64,000 bases of DNA from a virus (IMGVR_UViG_3300046689_000419), one strand, 5' to 3'. Positions 1 to 9,525 are shown, numbered from the stretch's first letter. Notes: generated by a model from the sequence alone, not told the origin. Numbers and translations are program-made.

Positions 1-1
1 T

Positions 2-73
2 GGTCTATACCGACGCCGACACTGTGACCGTCACCTTCTCCGCGGCCTTCGCGGGTTCGGCGTACCTGAGCTA
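2..73 (+). CDS. 3' end of an upstream CDS (partial, ...VYTDADTVTVTFSAAFAGSAYLS*)
   Basis: Open frame from the window edge to TAG at 71-73, followed by RBS AGGAG and ATG at 83. Confidence 0.3.
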
Positions 74-82
74 GGAGCACAC

Positions 83-1423
83 ATGGCACGCGCCTTCTAC
101 ACCCCCATCGACCTGGGCCAGAACGAGCTGCAGAACGCCAAGGTGCAGAACCTGGGCTCGGCTCCCTCGAGCCCGGTCAAGGGCCAGCTGTACTACAACT
201 CCACCGGTGGCAACGACACCCTGTACTGGTGGGACGGCACCACCTGGCAGTCCGCCAAGGGCGGTAGCTCGTTCCCCGGCTACGGCGCGGTGATCTCCGA
301 GCAGTCCTTCGGGGTCACCACGGACAGCGGTAGCGCGACCACCGTCTCCCGCTCGGACCACACTCACGGCTCCCCGACGCACACTGCCGCGGCGCACTCG
401 CTGATCAAGCTCAGCGACCTGGCCCAGCCCACCGCGGCGATCCAGATGAACGCCCAGCGGATCACTGGGCTGGCCGACAACCCGCCGGTGGGTACCGACG
501 CGGCGAACAAGAACTACGTGGACTCGGTGGCCCAGGGCCTGGACGCCAAGGCCTCGGTGCGGGCGGCGACCACGGCGAACATCACCCTGTCCGCCCCACA
601 GACCATCGACACGGTGTCGGTGATCGCCGGGGACCGGGTGCTGGTCAAGAGCAACACCGCGCCGGCGGAGAACGGCATCTACCTGGTGCAGGCCGGAGCC
701 TGGACCCGAGCCATCGACATGGACTCCTGGACCGAGGTGCCGGGCGCGTACACGTTCGTGGAGGAGGGTGGCCAGGCCGACACCGGCTGGCTGTGCTCGT
801 CCAACGCCGGCGGCACCCTGGGCACCACGGCGGTCACCTGGTCGCCGCTGCCCGGTGCCGGTGCGCTCACCGCTGGTGCTGGTCTGACCAAGACCGCGAA
901 CACCATCGATGTGATCGGCACTTCGGGCGGCGGGCTGACCGTCAACGCCGACGACATGGGGGTCACCTGGGGCGGCTCGGGAGCTGCGGCCACGGTGGCT
1001 CGCAGCGACCACACGCACTCCTACGCGGCCACCAGCACCGCGATCAACACCACGGCCCCACTGACTGGTGGCGGCGACCTGAGCGCGAACCGGACCCTGG
1101 CGGTGAACACCTTCGGCTCCGCCCAGGCGGGCGTGGTGCCGCTCTCCGGTGGCGGCACGGTGAACTTCCTGCGCGCGGACGGCACCTGGACCACGCCGGC
1201 CGGCGGTGGGTCGATGAACAAGACCGCGGCGGACTGCGCGGCGGCGACCAGCACGGTGGTCTCGCACACCCAGGGCCAGGACTGCACGGTGTCGGTGTAC
1301 CGGAAGACCACTCCCTGGGACGAGGTGGACTGCGACATCGAGCACACCTCGGCCACGTCGGTGACCGTGCGATTCGCGGTCGCGCCTACTGCAGCCCAGT
1401 TCCGGATTGTGGTGACCGGCTGA
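83..1423 (+). CDS. Tail fibre / minor tail protein with two 'SRSDHTH' repeat units
   Basis: 446-aa Gly/Thr/Ser-rich protein with RBS AGGAG 5 nt upstream; repeated 'VSRSDHTHGS' and 'VARSDHTHSY' segments typical of fibre repeats; the antisense 424-aa ORF is an Arg/Gly-rich artefact. Confidence 0.65.
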   Translation: MARAFYTPIDLGQNELQNAKVQNLGSAPSSPVKGQLYYNSTGGNDTLYWWDGTTWQSAKGGSSFPGYGAVISEQSFGVTTDSGSATTVSRSDHTHGSPTHTAAAHSLIKLSDLAQPTAAIQMNAQRITGLADNPPVGTDAANKNYVDSVAQGLDAKASVRAATTANITLSAPQTIDTVSVIAGDRVLVKSNTAPAENGIYLVQAGAWTRAIDMDSWTEVPGAYTFVEEGGQADTGWLCSSNAGGTLGTTAVTWSPLPGAGALTAGAGLTKTANTIDVIGTSGGGLTVNADDMGVTWGGSGAAATVARSDHTHSYAATSTAINTTAPLTGGGDLSANRTLAVNTFGSAQAGVVPLSGGGTVNFLRADGTWTTPAGGGSMNKTAADCAAATSTVVSHTQGQDCTVSVYRKTTPWDEVDCDIEHTSATSVTVRFAVAPTAAQFRIVVTG

Positions 1424-1881
1424 TGGCTCGGGAGATGCAGGTCCCGCTCAAGCTGCCGGGCAACCCGGTCAACGCCCTGGAAGCTGCTCCCAAGCAGTAC
1501 GTGGACGTGGGTGGCGCGGTGACCACGGCCTGGACCACGCTACCCAGGATCAGCGGGGCGACCTTTTCCTCAGGTGTGTGTGAGTACATGGTGCAGAGCG
1601 GTCAGGTGTTCGCCCGGTTCAACAACCTGGTGCTGTCCTCGGCCATCGCGGTGGGTGCTGGTGGTGGTATGACCAACAACATCTGGGGGACCATCCCCGC
1701 CGCTGCCCGGCCTACGGTCACCGGGGTGTTCATGAGCTCGCTGGGTGCGAACATCGCGATGTGCTACCTCACCAACGCCGGCGAGGTGTGGCTGACGGTG
1801 GCCGAGTCCACCGGCTCGGCTCGCTCGGTGGCCGTGGGGGCGTCCTTGAACGGCTGCTCCAACGGCTTCCCGCTGGCGTAG
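1423..1881 (+). CDS. Hypothetical protein, fibre-associated
   Basis: ATGA start/stop overlap with the fibre gene; 152 aa, Ala/Gly-rich with a coding-like frame. Confidence 0.5.
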   Translation: MAREMQVPLKLPGNPVNALEAAPKQYVDVGGAVTTAWTTLPRISGATFSSGVCEYMVQSGQVFARFNNLVLSSAIAVGAGGGMTNNIWGTIPAAARPTVTGVFMSSLGANIAMCYLTNAGEVWLTVAESTGSARSVAVGASLNGCSNGFPLA

Positions 1882-1907
1882 GGGGTGCGAGCAGATGGGG
1901 GGAGCCG

Positions 1908-2096
1908 ATGAGCGACAAGGTACGGCTGAGGTTGCTCATCGTGATCGCCTTCGTCTGGGTGATGAACATGATGGTGTTCCCGTTGATGCTGCGTAAGTAC
2001 CACTATGTCCCGGATCCAGGGGTGAACGCGATCTTCGCGATCGCCGCCGGCGCGGTCTACTCGGCCAGTCGGTCCAAGGGAGGCAAGGATGAGTAG
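1908..2096 (+). CDS. Small membrane protein (2 predicted TM helices)
   Basis: 62 aa, 'LLIVIAFVWVMNMMVFPLML' and 'AIFAIAAGAVYSA' hydrophobic helices; G-rich RBS; ATGA overlap with the next gene. Confidence 0.45.
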   Translation: MSDKVRLRLLIVIAFVWVMNMMVFPLMLRKYHYVPDPGVNAIFAIAAGAVYSASRSKGGKDE

Positions 2097-2520
2097 CGCC
2101 TGGGTGCACTATGTGCTGTCCGGTCTGGTCTGGACGGTGGTCGGTCTGGTGACCGGGGTCGGGCTCGGCTACTGGCTGGGCACCCACGACAAGACCGAGA
2201 AGGAGCGCAAGCACTTCTGGGATCTGCTGGTCGGTGGGGTGCTGATGCTGCTCGGCCTCGGGCTGGTCACCCAGCAGGCGGTCCAGCAGCGCCGGGCCAC
2301 CGAGGAGCGCGAGTGCCTGGGCCGGATCTCCACCTCCGACGTGAGCTTCGAGGTACGCCAGACCGATGCCGTGACCAACTACCTGCACGCCCTGCAGCAG
2401 CAGCACCTGACCACTGCCGACCCGAAGGCCGATCCGGTCGTGGAGGCGTACCTCGAGACGCTGCGGCAGATCAACCAGGACCGGCAGACCTCACTGGGCC
2501 CGGACGCCTGTGCAGACTGA
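2089..2520 (+). CDS. Membrane protein (2 N-terminal TM helices plus a soluble domain)
   Basis: 143 aa; TM segments 'VLSGLVWTVVGLVTGVGLGYWLG' and 'LLVGGVLMLLGLGLV'. Confidence 0.5.
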   Translation: MSSAWVHYVLSGLVWTVVGLVTGVGLGYWLGTHDKTEKERKHFWDLLVGGVLMLLGLGLVTQQAVQQRRATEERECLGRISTSDVSFEVRQTDAVTNYLHALQQQHLTTADPKADPVVEAYLETLRQINQDRQTSLGPDACAD

Positions 2521-2563
2521 GCCCAGTAGCGGCGGATGAGACGATCTGAGCAGAGGAGGAACC

Positions 2564-2893
2564 ATGCCGACCAACACTCCGATCCAGGCCTTCCGGATCC
2601 CAGCAGGTGCTGACGACCCGGATGTCGTGGACGACATCACCCAGCTCGCCAAGGCCATCGAGAAGCGGGTGGTGGGCGTCTATGCCACCGCCGCGGCCCG
2701 GAACACCGCGGTCTCCGGGCTGGTCGAGGAGGGCATGTTCGCCTTCCTCAAGGACACCAACGCGCTCACCTACTACGACGGTGCGGCCTGGGTATCGTTC
2801 GCCCCGGGCAGTTTCAAGATCGCCTCCGGGCCCACGGTGCCGACCAACGCCGACCCGACGTACGCGAACGGCGACGTGTTCTTCAAGATCTGA
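2564..2893 (+). CDS. Hypothetical protein
   Basis: Strong RBS GAGGAGGAA 5 nt upstream of ATG; 109 aa. Confidence 0.5.
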   Translation: MPTNTPIQAFRIPAGADDPDVVDDITQLAKAIEKRVVGVYATAAARNTAVSGLVEEGMFAFLKDTNALTYYDGAAWVSFAPGSFKIASGPTVPTNADPTYANGDVFFKI

Positions 2894-2926
2894 TCCGGGC
2901 TTTATGAAGTTTAGGGTGGTTTAGGC

Positions 2927-4072
2927 GTGACCCTGCACATCAAGGACGAGAACGGCGTCTGGCAGCTGGTCCAGCGTCCCTACGTCCGGCGCAACGATGT
3001 CTGGGTGGCGGCCTCGCAGGCCTGGATCAAGCAGGCCGGGATCTGGAAGCAGGCCTACGACTACGACGTGACCCCGCCGAACCCGCCGGAGATCACCCTG
3101 ACCGTGATCGAGGACTTCGACAAGGTGAACGGCGCGAACGTGCTGAAGACCCGCTACATCAAGGTCGGCACCCGGCTGCCCGGGGCCAGCAACGACCCGG
3201 ACGCCCGACTGACCCGGGTGCTGACCAACTACGCCGGCAAGCCGCCGTCCACCCAGTTCGGCGGCACCTACACCGCCACCGCGGACAAGGACTGGACCGG
3301 CGAGCCGTGGAGCGAGTGGCGCTACAACGCCTACGGCAACCACAACGACACCTCGGCCTACACCTACAAGCAGTGGCCGCCCAACGTGGGAGCCGGGTAC
3401 ACCATCCCCGGCGACCGGGACTACTTCTTCGGTGGCTGGTCGCTGGACAACTCCGGGAACTGGAGCACCGTCAACCAGGCCTCGATCCACATCCCGAAGG
3501 ACTCGGTGGGCACCGCGAACGTGGTGGTCAAGGAGGCCCGGTTCCAGCCGAACTCCTCGGGATCCTGGCGGGCCTCGGCCGGCTGGGCCAGCGGGGACCT
3601 GATCCAGCAGGGCTCGCCGCGCTCCTTCGGGGTCTGGTTCCACGGTCACCAGTTCACCGACTCGATCGGTGCCCAGGGCGCGCCGACCATCCGGAGCGCC
3701 CAGATCTACATCCGCCGGGAGGGTGCGGCCGAAGACCTCGGCTCGGCGACCGCCGACCTCTACCTGTACTGGCACACCTACCCGGGGATCGCCAACCTGC
3801 CGAACCCGGCGGTCAGCGGGCTGGTGGTCAACGAGGTCACCAAGCTGACCACCACCGCCGGGGGTGGCCGGCTGGCCAAGGGCGAGGGCCGGTGGTTCAC
3901 CCTGCCGGCGGCGTTCTCGGACAACCTGAACACCCAGGTCAAGGGGATGGGGCTGTACTGGAAGGATCCGGTCAAGGCCTCCGCGTTCCCCACCGACTAC
4001 TCGAAGATCGTCTCCACGTCTGCGGCGCTGCGCTGCGGCGAGGTGCACGTGGTGTGGGAAGAGAAGCTGTAG
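2927..4072 (+). CDS. Putative receptor-binding / tail fibre protein
   Basis: GTG start after a short lower-GC spacer; 381 aa, rich in Trp/Tyr/Asn/Gly/Ser like carbohydrate-binding fibre tips. Confidence 0.5.
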   Translation: MTLHIKDENGVWQLVQRPYVRRNDVWVAASQAWIKQAGIWKQAYDYDVTPPNPPEITLTVIEDFDKVNGANVLKTRYIKVGTRLPGASNDPDARLTRVLTNYAGKPPSTQFGGTYTATADKDWTGEPWSEWRYNAYGNHNDTSAYTYKQWPPNVGAGYTIPGDRDYFFGGWSLDNSGNWSTVNQASIHIPKDSVGTANVVVKEARFQPNSSGSWRASAGWASGDLIQQGSPRSFGVWFHGHQFTDSIGAQGAPTIRSAQIYIRREGAAEDLGSATADLYLYWHTYPGIANLPNPAVSGLVVNEVTKLTTTAGGGRLAKGEGRWFTLPAAFSDNLNTQVKGMGLYWKDPVKASAFPTDYSKIVSTSAALRCGEVHVVWEEKL

Positions 4073-4106
4073 GGCACTGTAGGTCCACCAACGAGAGAGG
4101 GAAGTC

Positions 4107-4418
4107 ATGGTCAAGGACAGGGAAGTACCGCAGGAGACCGAGCCCACCGGGCAGAGCACCGGCGAGGAGACCGAGCCGCTGGCCGAGGAGGAGGACGAGT
4201 TCCTCGGCGTGCCCGGGCAGATCCAGTACCCGGACCCGGAGGTGCAGGCCGAGCAGGCCGGTGACTTCGTGGCCGGCAAGACCGACAGCCTCTACCCCGA
4301 CGACGAGGAGGGCACTCGGTCCGGCTGGCAGAACCCGGCGGACCGCCCGGAGGAGGAGCGGACCGTGGACGAGGACGACCAGGCTCCCGAGCAGACCGAG
4401 CCGGAGGCCCAGCGGTGA
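4107..4418 (+). CDS. Highly acidic small protein (Asp/Glu-rich)
   Basis: 103 aa with a very high D/E fraction ('EEEDEFLGVPGQIQYPDPEVQAEQ'); RBS GAGAGGGAAG upstream. Confidence 0.5.
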   Translation: MVKDREVPQETEPTGQSTGEETEPLAEEEDEFLGVPGQIQYPDPEVQAEQAGDFVAGKTDSLYPDDEEGTRSGWQNPADRPEEERTVDEDDQAPEQTEPEAQR

Positions 4419-4642
4419 CCCAGCAGCCCCAGGACGAGGTGGACCCGGAGTACGAGGACCTCTACGACCCGAGTGCCGAGGTGGAGGTCGAGGACGTGGA
4501 CGACCTCGGCGACGACGCGCCGGTCGATGGCGACGACGCCGCACCGACCCTGCCGGATGAGGCTACTGTCGAGTACGACGCGGACCTCGATGATCCCGAC
4601 GACGACACCACCGGGCACGAGAACGACGTGGAGGACGCCTGA
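4415..4642 (+). CDS. Highly acidic small protein (Asp/Glu-rich)
   Basis: 75 aa, more than 40% D/E; overlapping stop/start with both neighbours. Confidence 0.5.
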   Translation: MTQQPQDEVDPEYEDLYDPSAEVEVEDVDDLGDDAPVDGDDAAPTLPDEATVEYDADLDDPDDDTTGHENDVEDA

Positions 4643-5034
4643 TGAGCAACCCGATCCCGCCGTACACGATCACCACCCCCTTCGGGAAGCGGGGCTCGTG
4701 GGCGGCTGGCTACCACACCGGTGACGACTACTCCACCAAGGGCAAGCAAGGCGTCCCGGTGCGGGCAGCCAAGGCGGGCAAGGTGGTCGGGCTGGGTTCG
4801 TGGGGCTCGGCCTACGGCAAGCACATCGTGCTGCAGACCACCACGATCCGGCACGGCTACTGCCATCTGTCCCGGATCCGGGTCAGCGTCGGGCAGAACG
4901 TGAAGAAGGGGCAGGTCATCGGCTACTCCGGGAACACCGGGAACAGCACCGGCCCGCACCTGCACTACGAGGAGCGGCGCTCCCCGTACAAGTACGCGAA
5001 CCACCGCAAGCCGGTCTACAACCGGGAGGCCTGA
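4642..5034 (+). CDS. Peptidase M23 family endolysin domain protein
   Basis: 'GYHTGDDYS...GNTGNSTGPHLHYE' matches the M23/LytM HxxxD...HxH zinc-peptidase signature; ATGA overlaps. Confidence 0.8.
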   Translation: MSNPIPPYTITTPFGKRGSWAAGYHTGDDYSTKGKQGVPVRAAKAGKVVGLGSWGSAYGKHIVLQTTTIRHGYCHLSRIRVSVGQNVKKGQVIGYSGNTGNSTGPHLHYEERRSPYKYANHRKPVYNREA

Positions 5035-5564
5035 TGCCCGTCTCGCAGAACGGCTACGAGGTCCTGGACAAGGACACCTCGGGCCCCTGGCCGCATCTGC
5101 GGGAGTGGACCATCCCCGGGGTGAAGCGGCGGATCCTGCTCCGGGACGGCTCGGCGGGCTTCCTGCTGATCCACCTGGCGCTGTGGTTCGACCAGGTGCT
5201 CGAGGACATCGACCAGGGCGTGGACGACTGGGGTTGGTCGCCGCGCAAGATCAGTGGGTCCAGCAGCTGGTCCAATCATGCCTCGGGCACCGCGATGGAC
5301 CTCAACGCCACCAAGCACCCGCAGGGCCAGTCCCCGTCCCGCTCGTTCAGCACCCAGAACATCACCGCGATCCACACCCGGCTGGCCCTGTACAAGAGCT
5401 GCCTCAAGTGGGGCGGGGACTACCGGACCACCAAGGACTCGATGCACTGGGAGATCGACCGGGGCAGCGCGCTGGTGGTCAAGATGGCCCAGTCCCTGGT
5501 GGACAGCCCGCGCGGCAAGGCCGTGCTCTCGGCCAACCCGGGCGCTCGGGAGATCATCCTCTAA
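5034..5564 (+). CDS. Peptidase M15 (LAS-type, VanY-like) cell-wall hydrolase
   Basis: 'SNHASGTAMDL' (SxHxxGxAxD) and 'DSMHWEI' motifs of M15 carboxypeptidases. Confidence 0.7.
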   Translation: MPVSQNGYEVLDKDTSGPWPHLREWTIPGVKRRILLRDGSAGFLLIHLALWFDQVLEDIDQGVDDWGWSPRKISGSSSWSNHASGTAMDLNATKHPQGQSPSRSFSTQNITAIHTRLALYKSCLKWGGDYRTTKDSMHWEIDRGSALVVKMAQSLVDSPRGKAVLSANPGAREIIL

Positions 5565-5573
5565 GGAGGCACC

Positions 5574-5807
5574 ATGCTCGAGACCAAGGTGTCGGTGGGA
5601 GCCGGCGCTGCCGGGATCACCGGCCTGGTGATGTGGGCGCTGGGTGAGTTCGTGTTCACCGGCGGAAACGTGCCGAACGAGGTGGTCACCTTCGTGGCCT
5701 GGCTGGTGCCGGCGCTGGTCGGTCTGGCCGCGGGCTACCTGGCTCCGCATACCCCGCGGCCGGATCTGCCGGTGGCCACACCTCCGGCTCCACCGGTTGT
5801 GCAGTGA
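5574..5807 (+). CDS. Holin (2 TM helices)
   Basis: 77 aa directly after the lysins, two hydrophobic helices and a Pro-rich C-terminus; RBS GGAGG. Confidence 0.6.
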   Translation: MLETKVSVGAGAAGITGLVMWALGEFVFTGGNVPNEVVTFVAWLVPALVGLAAGYLAPHTPRPDLPVATPPAPPVVQ

Positions 5808-5814
5808 GCATCCG

Positions 5815-6144
5815 ATGCCGAGGGCGTGCACGGTCACCGGGTCCTTCACCACTCGTGTGGGGGTCGCCGGCCAGGGCCTGGTGCAGTTCACCCCCAGACG
5901 GCTCTGGGTGGTCCGGGACGGGATCCACTGGGCCTGCCTGGCCCCGCAGGTGTGGCTGGACTACGCCGGCTGCTTCACGGTGCAGGTCACGGCCACCGAC
6001 AACGACGCGATCAGCTGGGACTACGAGATCCGCACGCCGGCCGGTACCTTCCGGGTCCCGATCCCCTGGAGCGAAGCCGGCTGGAGCCTACGGGAGCTGA
6101 TCGATGAGCATCATCCTGGCCCGCGGCCCCCGCACCGACGATGA
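5815..6144 (+). CDS. Hypothetical protein (possible small terminase subunit or DNA-binding protein)
   Basis: 109 aa immediately upstream of and overlapping the large terminase; function not recognisable. Confidence 0.35.
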   Translation: MPRACTVTGSFTTRVGVAGQGLVQFTPRRLWVVRDGIHWACLAPQVWLDYAGCFTVQVTATDNDAISWDYEIRTPAGTFRVPIPWSEAGWSLRELIDEHHPGPRPPHRR

Positions 6145-7606
6145 ACTCTACGAGCTGGTCAAGGCACTGTGGGGGATCACCATCCCCCGGCACAAGGTCT
6201 GCAGCGACCACGACGCGCCGTTCGACGCCTTCTCGGCCGCCTACTTCCGGCGGATGCCCTCGATCCTGATCCACGGCTCGCGTGGGCTGAGCGGCAAGTC
6301 CCGGCTGATGTCCATCCTCGGGCTGACCGTGGCCGCGGTGCTGGGCTCGGATGTGAACATCGTCGGCGGCTCGCTGAACCAGTCGATCAACATCCACAAC
6401 ACCATCCGGAACGCCTGGGAGTCCGAGAACGCCCCGCGCTATCTGGTCCGGGAGGAGACCGCGACCCGGATCAAGCTGACCAACAAGTCGATCATCATGC
6501 CGCTGACCGCCTCCCAGAAGTCGGTGCGTGGCCCGCACCCACCGTCCTTGCTGCTGGACGAGATCGATGAGATGGACCTGGAGATCTTCGACGCCTCGCT
6601 GGGCCAGCCGATGCCCCAGGAGAACTGGAAGGGCGACATCATCCGGCCGATGACGGTGATGACCTCCACCTGGCAGTACCCGGACAAGACCTTCGCCGAG
6701 GTGCAGCAGCGGTTCATCGACCGCGACGACAAGATCTTCCGGTGGTGCTACCTGGACACCTCCAACCCGATCGACGGCTGGCTGGACCAGGAGACCATCG
6801 AGCAGAAGCGCAAGGAGATCCCCGCCGAGATGTGGCGGGTGGAGTACGACCTGGGCGAGCCGTCCATCGGCAACCGCGCCATCGACTCGGCGGCGGTGGA
6901 GGAGATGTTCAGCCTGCCCGAGCAGACCATCCGGCAGTCGGTGGCCAAGGAGAAGCAGGAGTACCGGTTCGAGGAGCCGAAGAGCGACCGGGAGTACGTG
7001 ATCGGCGCGGACTGGGCGCAGTCCCAGGACTGGACGGTGATCAGCATCGTGGACGTGAGCGTCTTCCCGGTCCACGTGGTGCACTGGCTGCGGATGCGCC
7101 GGCACCCGTACCCGGTGATGATCGGGCACTTCAACCGGCTGATGAAGGAGTACAACGCCGAGGGCATCCACGACGCCACCGGGCTGGGTGCGGTGGTCGC
7201 CGACTACGTGGACCGCCGGGCCCGGGGCTTCCTGATGACCGGTGCGAACCGGGACAACATGCTCAGCGAGTACATCTCCAGCGTGGAGAACGGCCGCTGG
7301 CGGGCTCCCCGGGTGCCGGTGTTCTACAAGAACCACCTCTACGCCTCGGTGGAGATGATCTACGCCCGGGGCAAGGAGTACCACCTGCCGGACGAGATCT
7401 GCTCGATGGCGCTGTGCTGGCGGCTGGTGAGCAAGCGGGCCATCCCGGCGCACCCGATCGTGGTGGCCGGCAACAACGACCCGACCTGGATGGAGCGGGA
7501 GATGGCCGAGAACGCCGACGCCAAGCGCAAGCCCGGGAACTGGACGGTAGGCGGGGTGGAGAACAAGTCGAACGAGGCAGCCCAGGAGTTCAACCTGATG
7601 GTGTGA
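6104..7606 (+). CDS. Terminase large subunit
   Basis: 500 aa; N-terminal ATPase motif 'LIHGSRGLSGKS' and acidic nuclease-type C-terminal region; sits before the portal. Confidence 0.8.
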   Translation: MSIILARGPRTDDELYELVKALWGITIPRHKVCSDHDAPFDAFSAAYFRRMPSILIHGSRGLSGKSRLMSILGLTVAAVLGSDVNIVGGSLNQSINIHNTIRNAWESENAPRYLVREETATRIKLTNKSIIMPLTASQKSVRGPHPPSLLLDEIDEMDLEIFDASLGQPMPQENWKGDIIRPMTVMTSTWQYPDKTFAEVQQRFIDRDDKIFRWCYLDTSNPIDGWLDQETIEQKRKEIPAEMWRVEYDLGEPSIGNRAIDSAAVEEMFSLPEQTIRQSVAKEKQEYRFEEPKSDREYVIGADWAQSQDWTVISIVDVSVFPVHVVHWLRMRRHPYPVMIGHFNRLMKEYNAEGIHDATGLGAVVADYVDRRARGFLMTGANRDNMLSEYISSVENGRWRAPRVPVFYKNHLYASVEMIYARGKEYHLPDEICSMALCWRLVSKRAIPAHPIVVAGNNDPTWMEREMAENADAKRKPGNWTVGGVENKSNEAAQEFNLMV

Positions 7607-7631
7607 GTGACAGCGACGGGATGATGAAGAC

Positions 7632-9524
7632 ATGGCTGACGTGAGACTGCCCCAGGGCGACATCTCCACCTGGGACGAGGACAACGCTGGGGATGAGGTC
7701 CCCAAGAACGTCGGCCCGATGACCGAGCTCGGTGTCACCGGGGTCAAGCGGGTCTCCGGGTACATCGATGAGGAGTTCCTGCCGGCGCTGCGCGGCCGCA
7801 AGGCGGTCCGGGTCTACCGGGAGATGGCGGCCAACGACTCGATGGTCGGCGCGATGCTGTTCAGCATCGACAAGCTGATCCGCGAGGTGGAGTGGAAGGT
7901 GCTGCCCGCCGACCAGTCCGAGGAGAACCTGCTGGCCCAGGAGTTCCTCGAGTCGAACATGGAGGACATGAACGAGCCCTGGGACGGGTTCATCGGCGAG
8001 GTGCTCTCCGAGCTCACCTACGGCTGGTCCTGGCACGAGATCGTCTACAAGCGCCGGCTGGGCCCCTGGCAGAAGGACCCGACCAAGCGCTCCAAGCACA
8101 GCGACGGGCTGATCGGCTGGCGGAAGATGCCGATCCGCGCCCAGGAGACCCTGATGCGCTGGTCCTTCGATGAGACCGGCGGGATCCGGGCGATGATCCA
8201 GATGGCCCCGCCCCGGTACCAGACCACGGTGATCCCGATCGAGAAGTCGATCCTGTTCCGGACCGCGATCGCCAAGGGCAACCCGGAGGGCCAGTCGCTG
8301 CTGCGCACCGCCTACCGGTCCTGGTACTTCAAGAAGCGCCTGGAGGAGTTCGAGGCGATCGGCGTGGAGCGGGACCTGGCCGGGATGCCGGTGGGCCGGG
8401 TGCCCGCCGACTACCTGACCGCGGCCAAGGGCACCCCGCAGGCGAAGACCGTGGACGCCTTCCGGAAGATGGTCCGTGGGGTGCGCCGGGACGAGAACGA
8501 GGGCCTGGTGCTGCCCACCCAGTACGACCCGGACACCAAGCAGCCGCTCTTCGACTTCGAGCTGATGAGCTCGGGAGGCACCCGGCAGTTCGACACCAAC
8601 TCGATCATCCAGCGCTACGAGCAGCGGATCCTGATGAGCGTGCTGGCCGACTTCATCATGGTCGGGCACCAGGACACCGGCTCCTACTCGCTGCACACCG
8701 ACAAGACCGGGATCTTCCGGGCCGCGCTGAACGCGATCACCAAGGGCATCGCGGACACCCTGAACCGGTACGCGGTGCCCCGGCTGTTCGCGGTGAACGG
8801 CTGGAAGCTCGATCAGCTGCCCCGGTTCGAGCCGACCAACGTGGACCCGCCGGCGCTGGACCAGCTGGCCGCGTTCATCTCGGCCACCGCTGGGGCCGGC
8901 ATGCAGTGGTTCCCGGACCCGGAACTGGAGAAGTACGTCCGGGAGATCGCCCGGCTCCCGGAGATGACGGATGAGGACATCGACTACAAGCGGGCGATGC
9001 TCGAGCAGCAGCAGGCGATGGAGTTCGCCGGTGGCCAGATGGAGATGCTCGGGATGAAGCAGAAGGCGGAGATGACCGCCCAGGGCTTCTCCCCGGAGCA
9101 GGCCCAGATGCACTCCGAGCAGCCCACCGCCGAAATGCAGCAGCAGTACGCGGTGGACGGGGCGACCTCCGAGCAGGAGGCCGAGGCGGCCCGGCGGCTG
9201 CACCCGGTGGGTCAGGCCGACCAGGCGGACGCGCAGATGCAGATGCAGATCGAGCAGAGCCGGGAGGAGATGAAGAACGCTCCGCCGCCGGCAGACCCGA
9301 ACGAGGACAAGCGGGCGCGCCGTGATCAGGTCAAGGCCGACCAGCAGGAGAAGTACGCTGCGACCGGACACAAGCGGGAGACCGAGAAGATGAAGCTCGC
9401 CGACCAGCTGGCCGAGCGCAAGCACAAGCGGGACATCGGGGTGCTGCGGGAGAAGAAGAAGCAGATCGGCCGGCCGGACCGGCGGCAGCCACCGCCGAAG
9501 AAGACTCCACCGAAGGGGAAGTGA
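7632..9524 (+). CDS. Portal protein with a long charged C-terminal extension
   Basis: 630 aa following the terminase; the C-terminal ~150 aa is K/R/E/Q-rich. Confidence 0.75.
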   Translation: MADVRLPQGDISTWDEDNAGDEVPKNVGPMTELGVTGVKRVSGYIDEEFLPALRGRKAVRVYREMAANDSMVGAMLFSIDKLIREVEWKVLPADQSEENLLAQEFLESNMEDMNEPWDGFIGEVLSELTYGWSWHEIVYKRRLGPWQKDPTKRSKHSDGLIGWRKMPIRAQETLMRWSFDETGGIRAMIQMAPPRYQTTVIPIEKSILFRTAIAKGNPEGQSLLRTAYRSWYFKKRLEEFEAIGVERDLAGMPVGRVPADYLTAAKGTPQAKTVDAFRKMVRGVRRDENEGLVLPTQYDPDTKQPLFDFELMSSGGTRQFDTNSIIQRYEQRILMSVLADFIMVGHQDTGSYSLHTDKTGIFRAALNAITKGIADTLNRYAVPRLFAVNGWKLDQLPRFEPTNVDPPALDQLAAFISATAGAGMQWFPDPELEKYVREIARLPEMTDEDIDYKRAMLEQQQAMEFAGGQMEMLGMKQKAEMTAQGFSPEQAQMHSEQPTAEMQQQYAVDGATSEQEAEAARRLHPVGQADQADAQMQMQIEQSREEMKNAPPPADPNEDKRARRDQVKADQQEKYAATGHKRETEKMKLADQLAERKHKRDIGVLREKKKQIGRPDRRQPPPKKTPPKGK

Positions 9525-9525
9525 G

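Noticed and set aside
71-1345. 424-aa minus-strand ORF antisense to the fibre gene.
   Set aside because: Arg/Gly/Val/His-rich low-complexity translation typical of antisense frames in high-GC DNA; the sense gene has an RBS and repeat structure.
3307-4560. 417-aa alternative-frame plus-strand ORF overlapping the fibre and acidic genes.
   Set aside because: Pro/Arg/Gly-rich repetitive translation; the in-frame annotated genes have RBSs and coupling.
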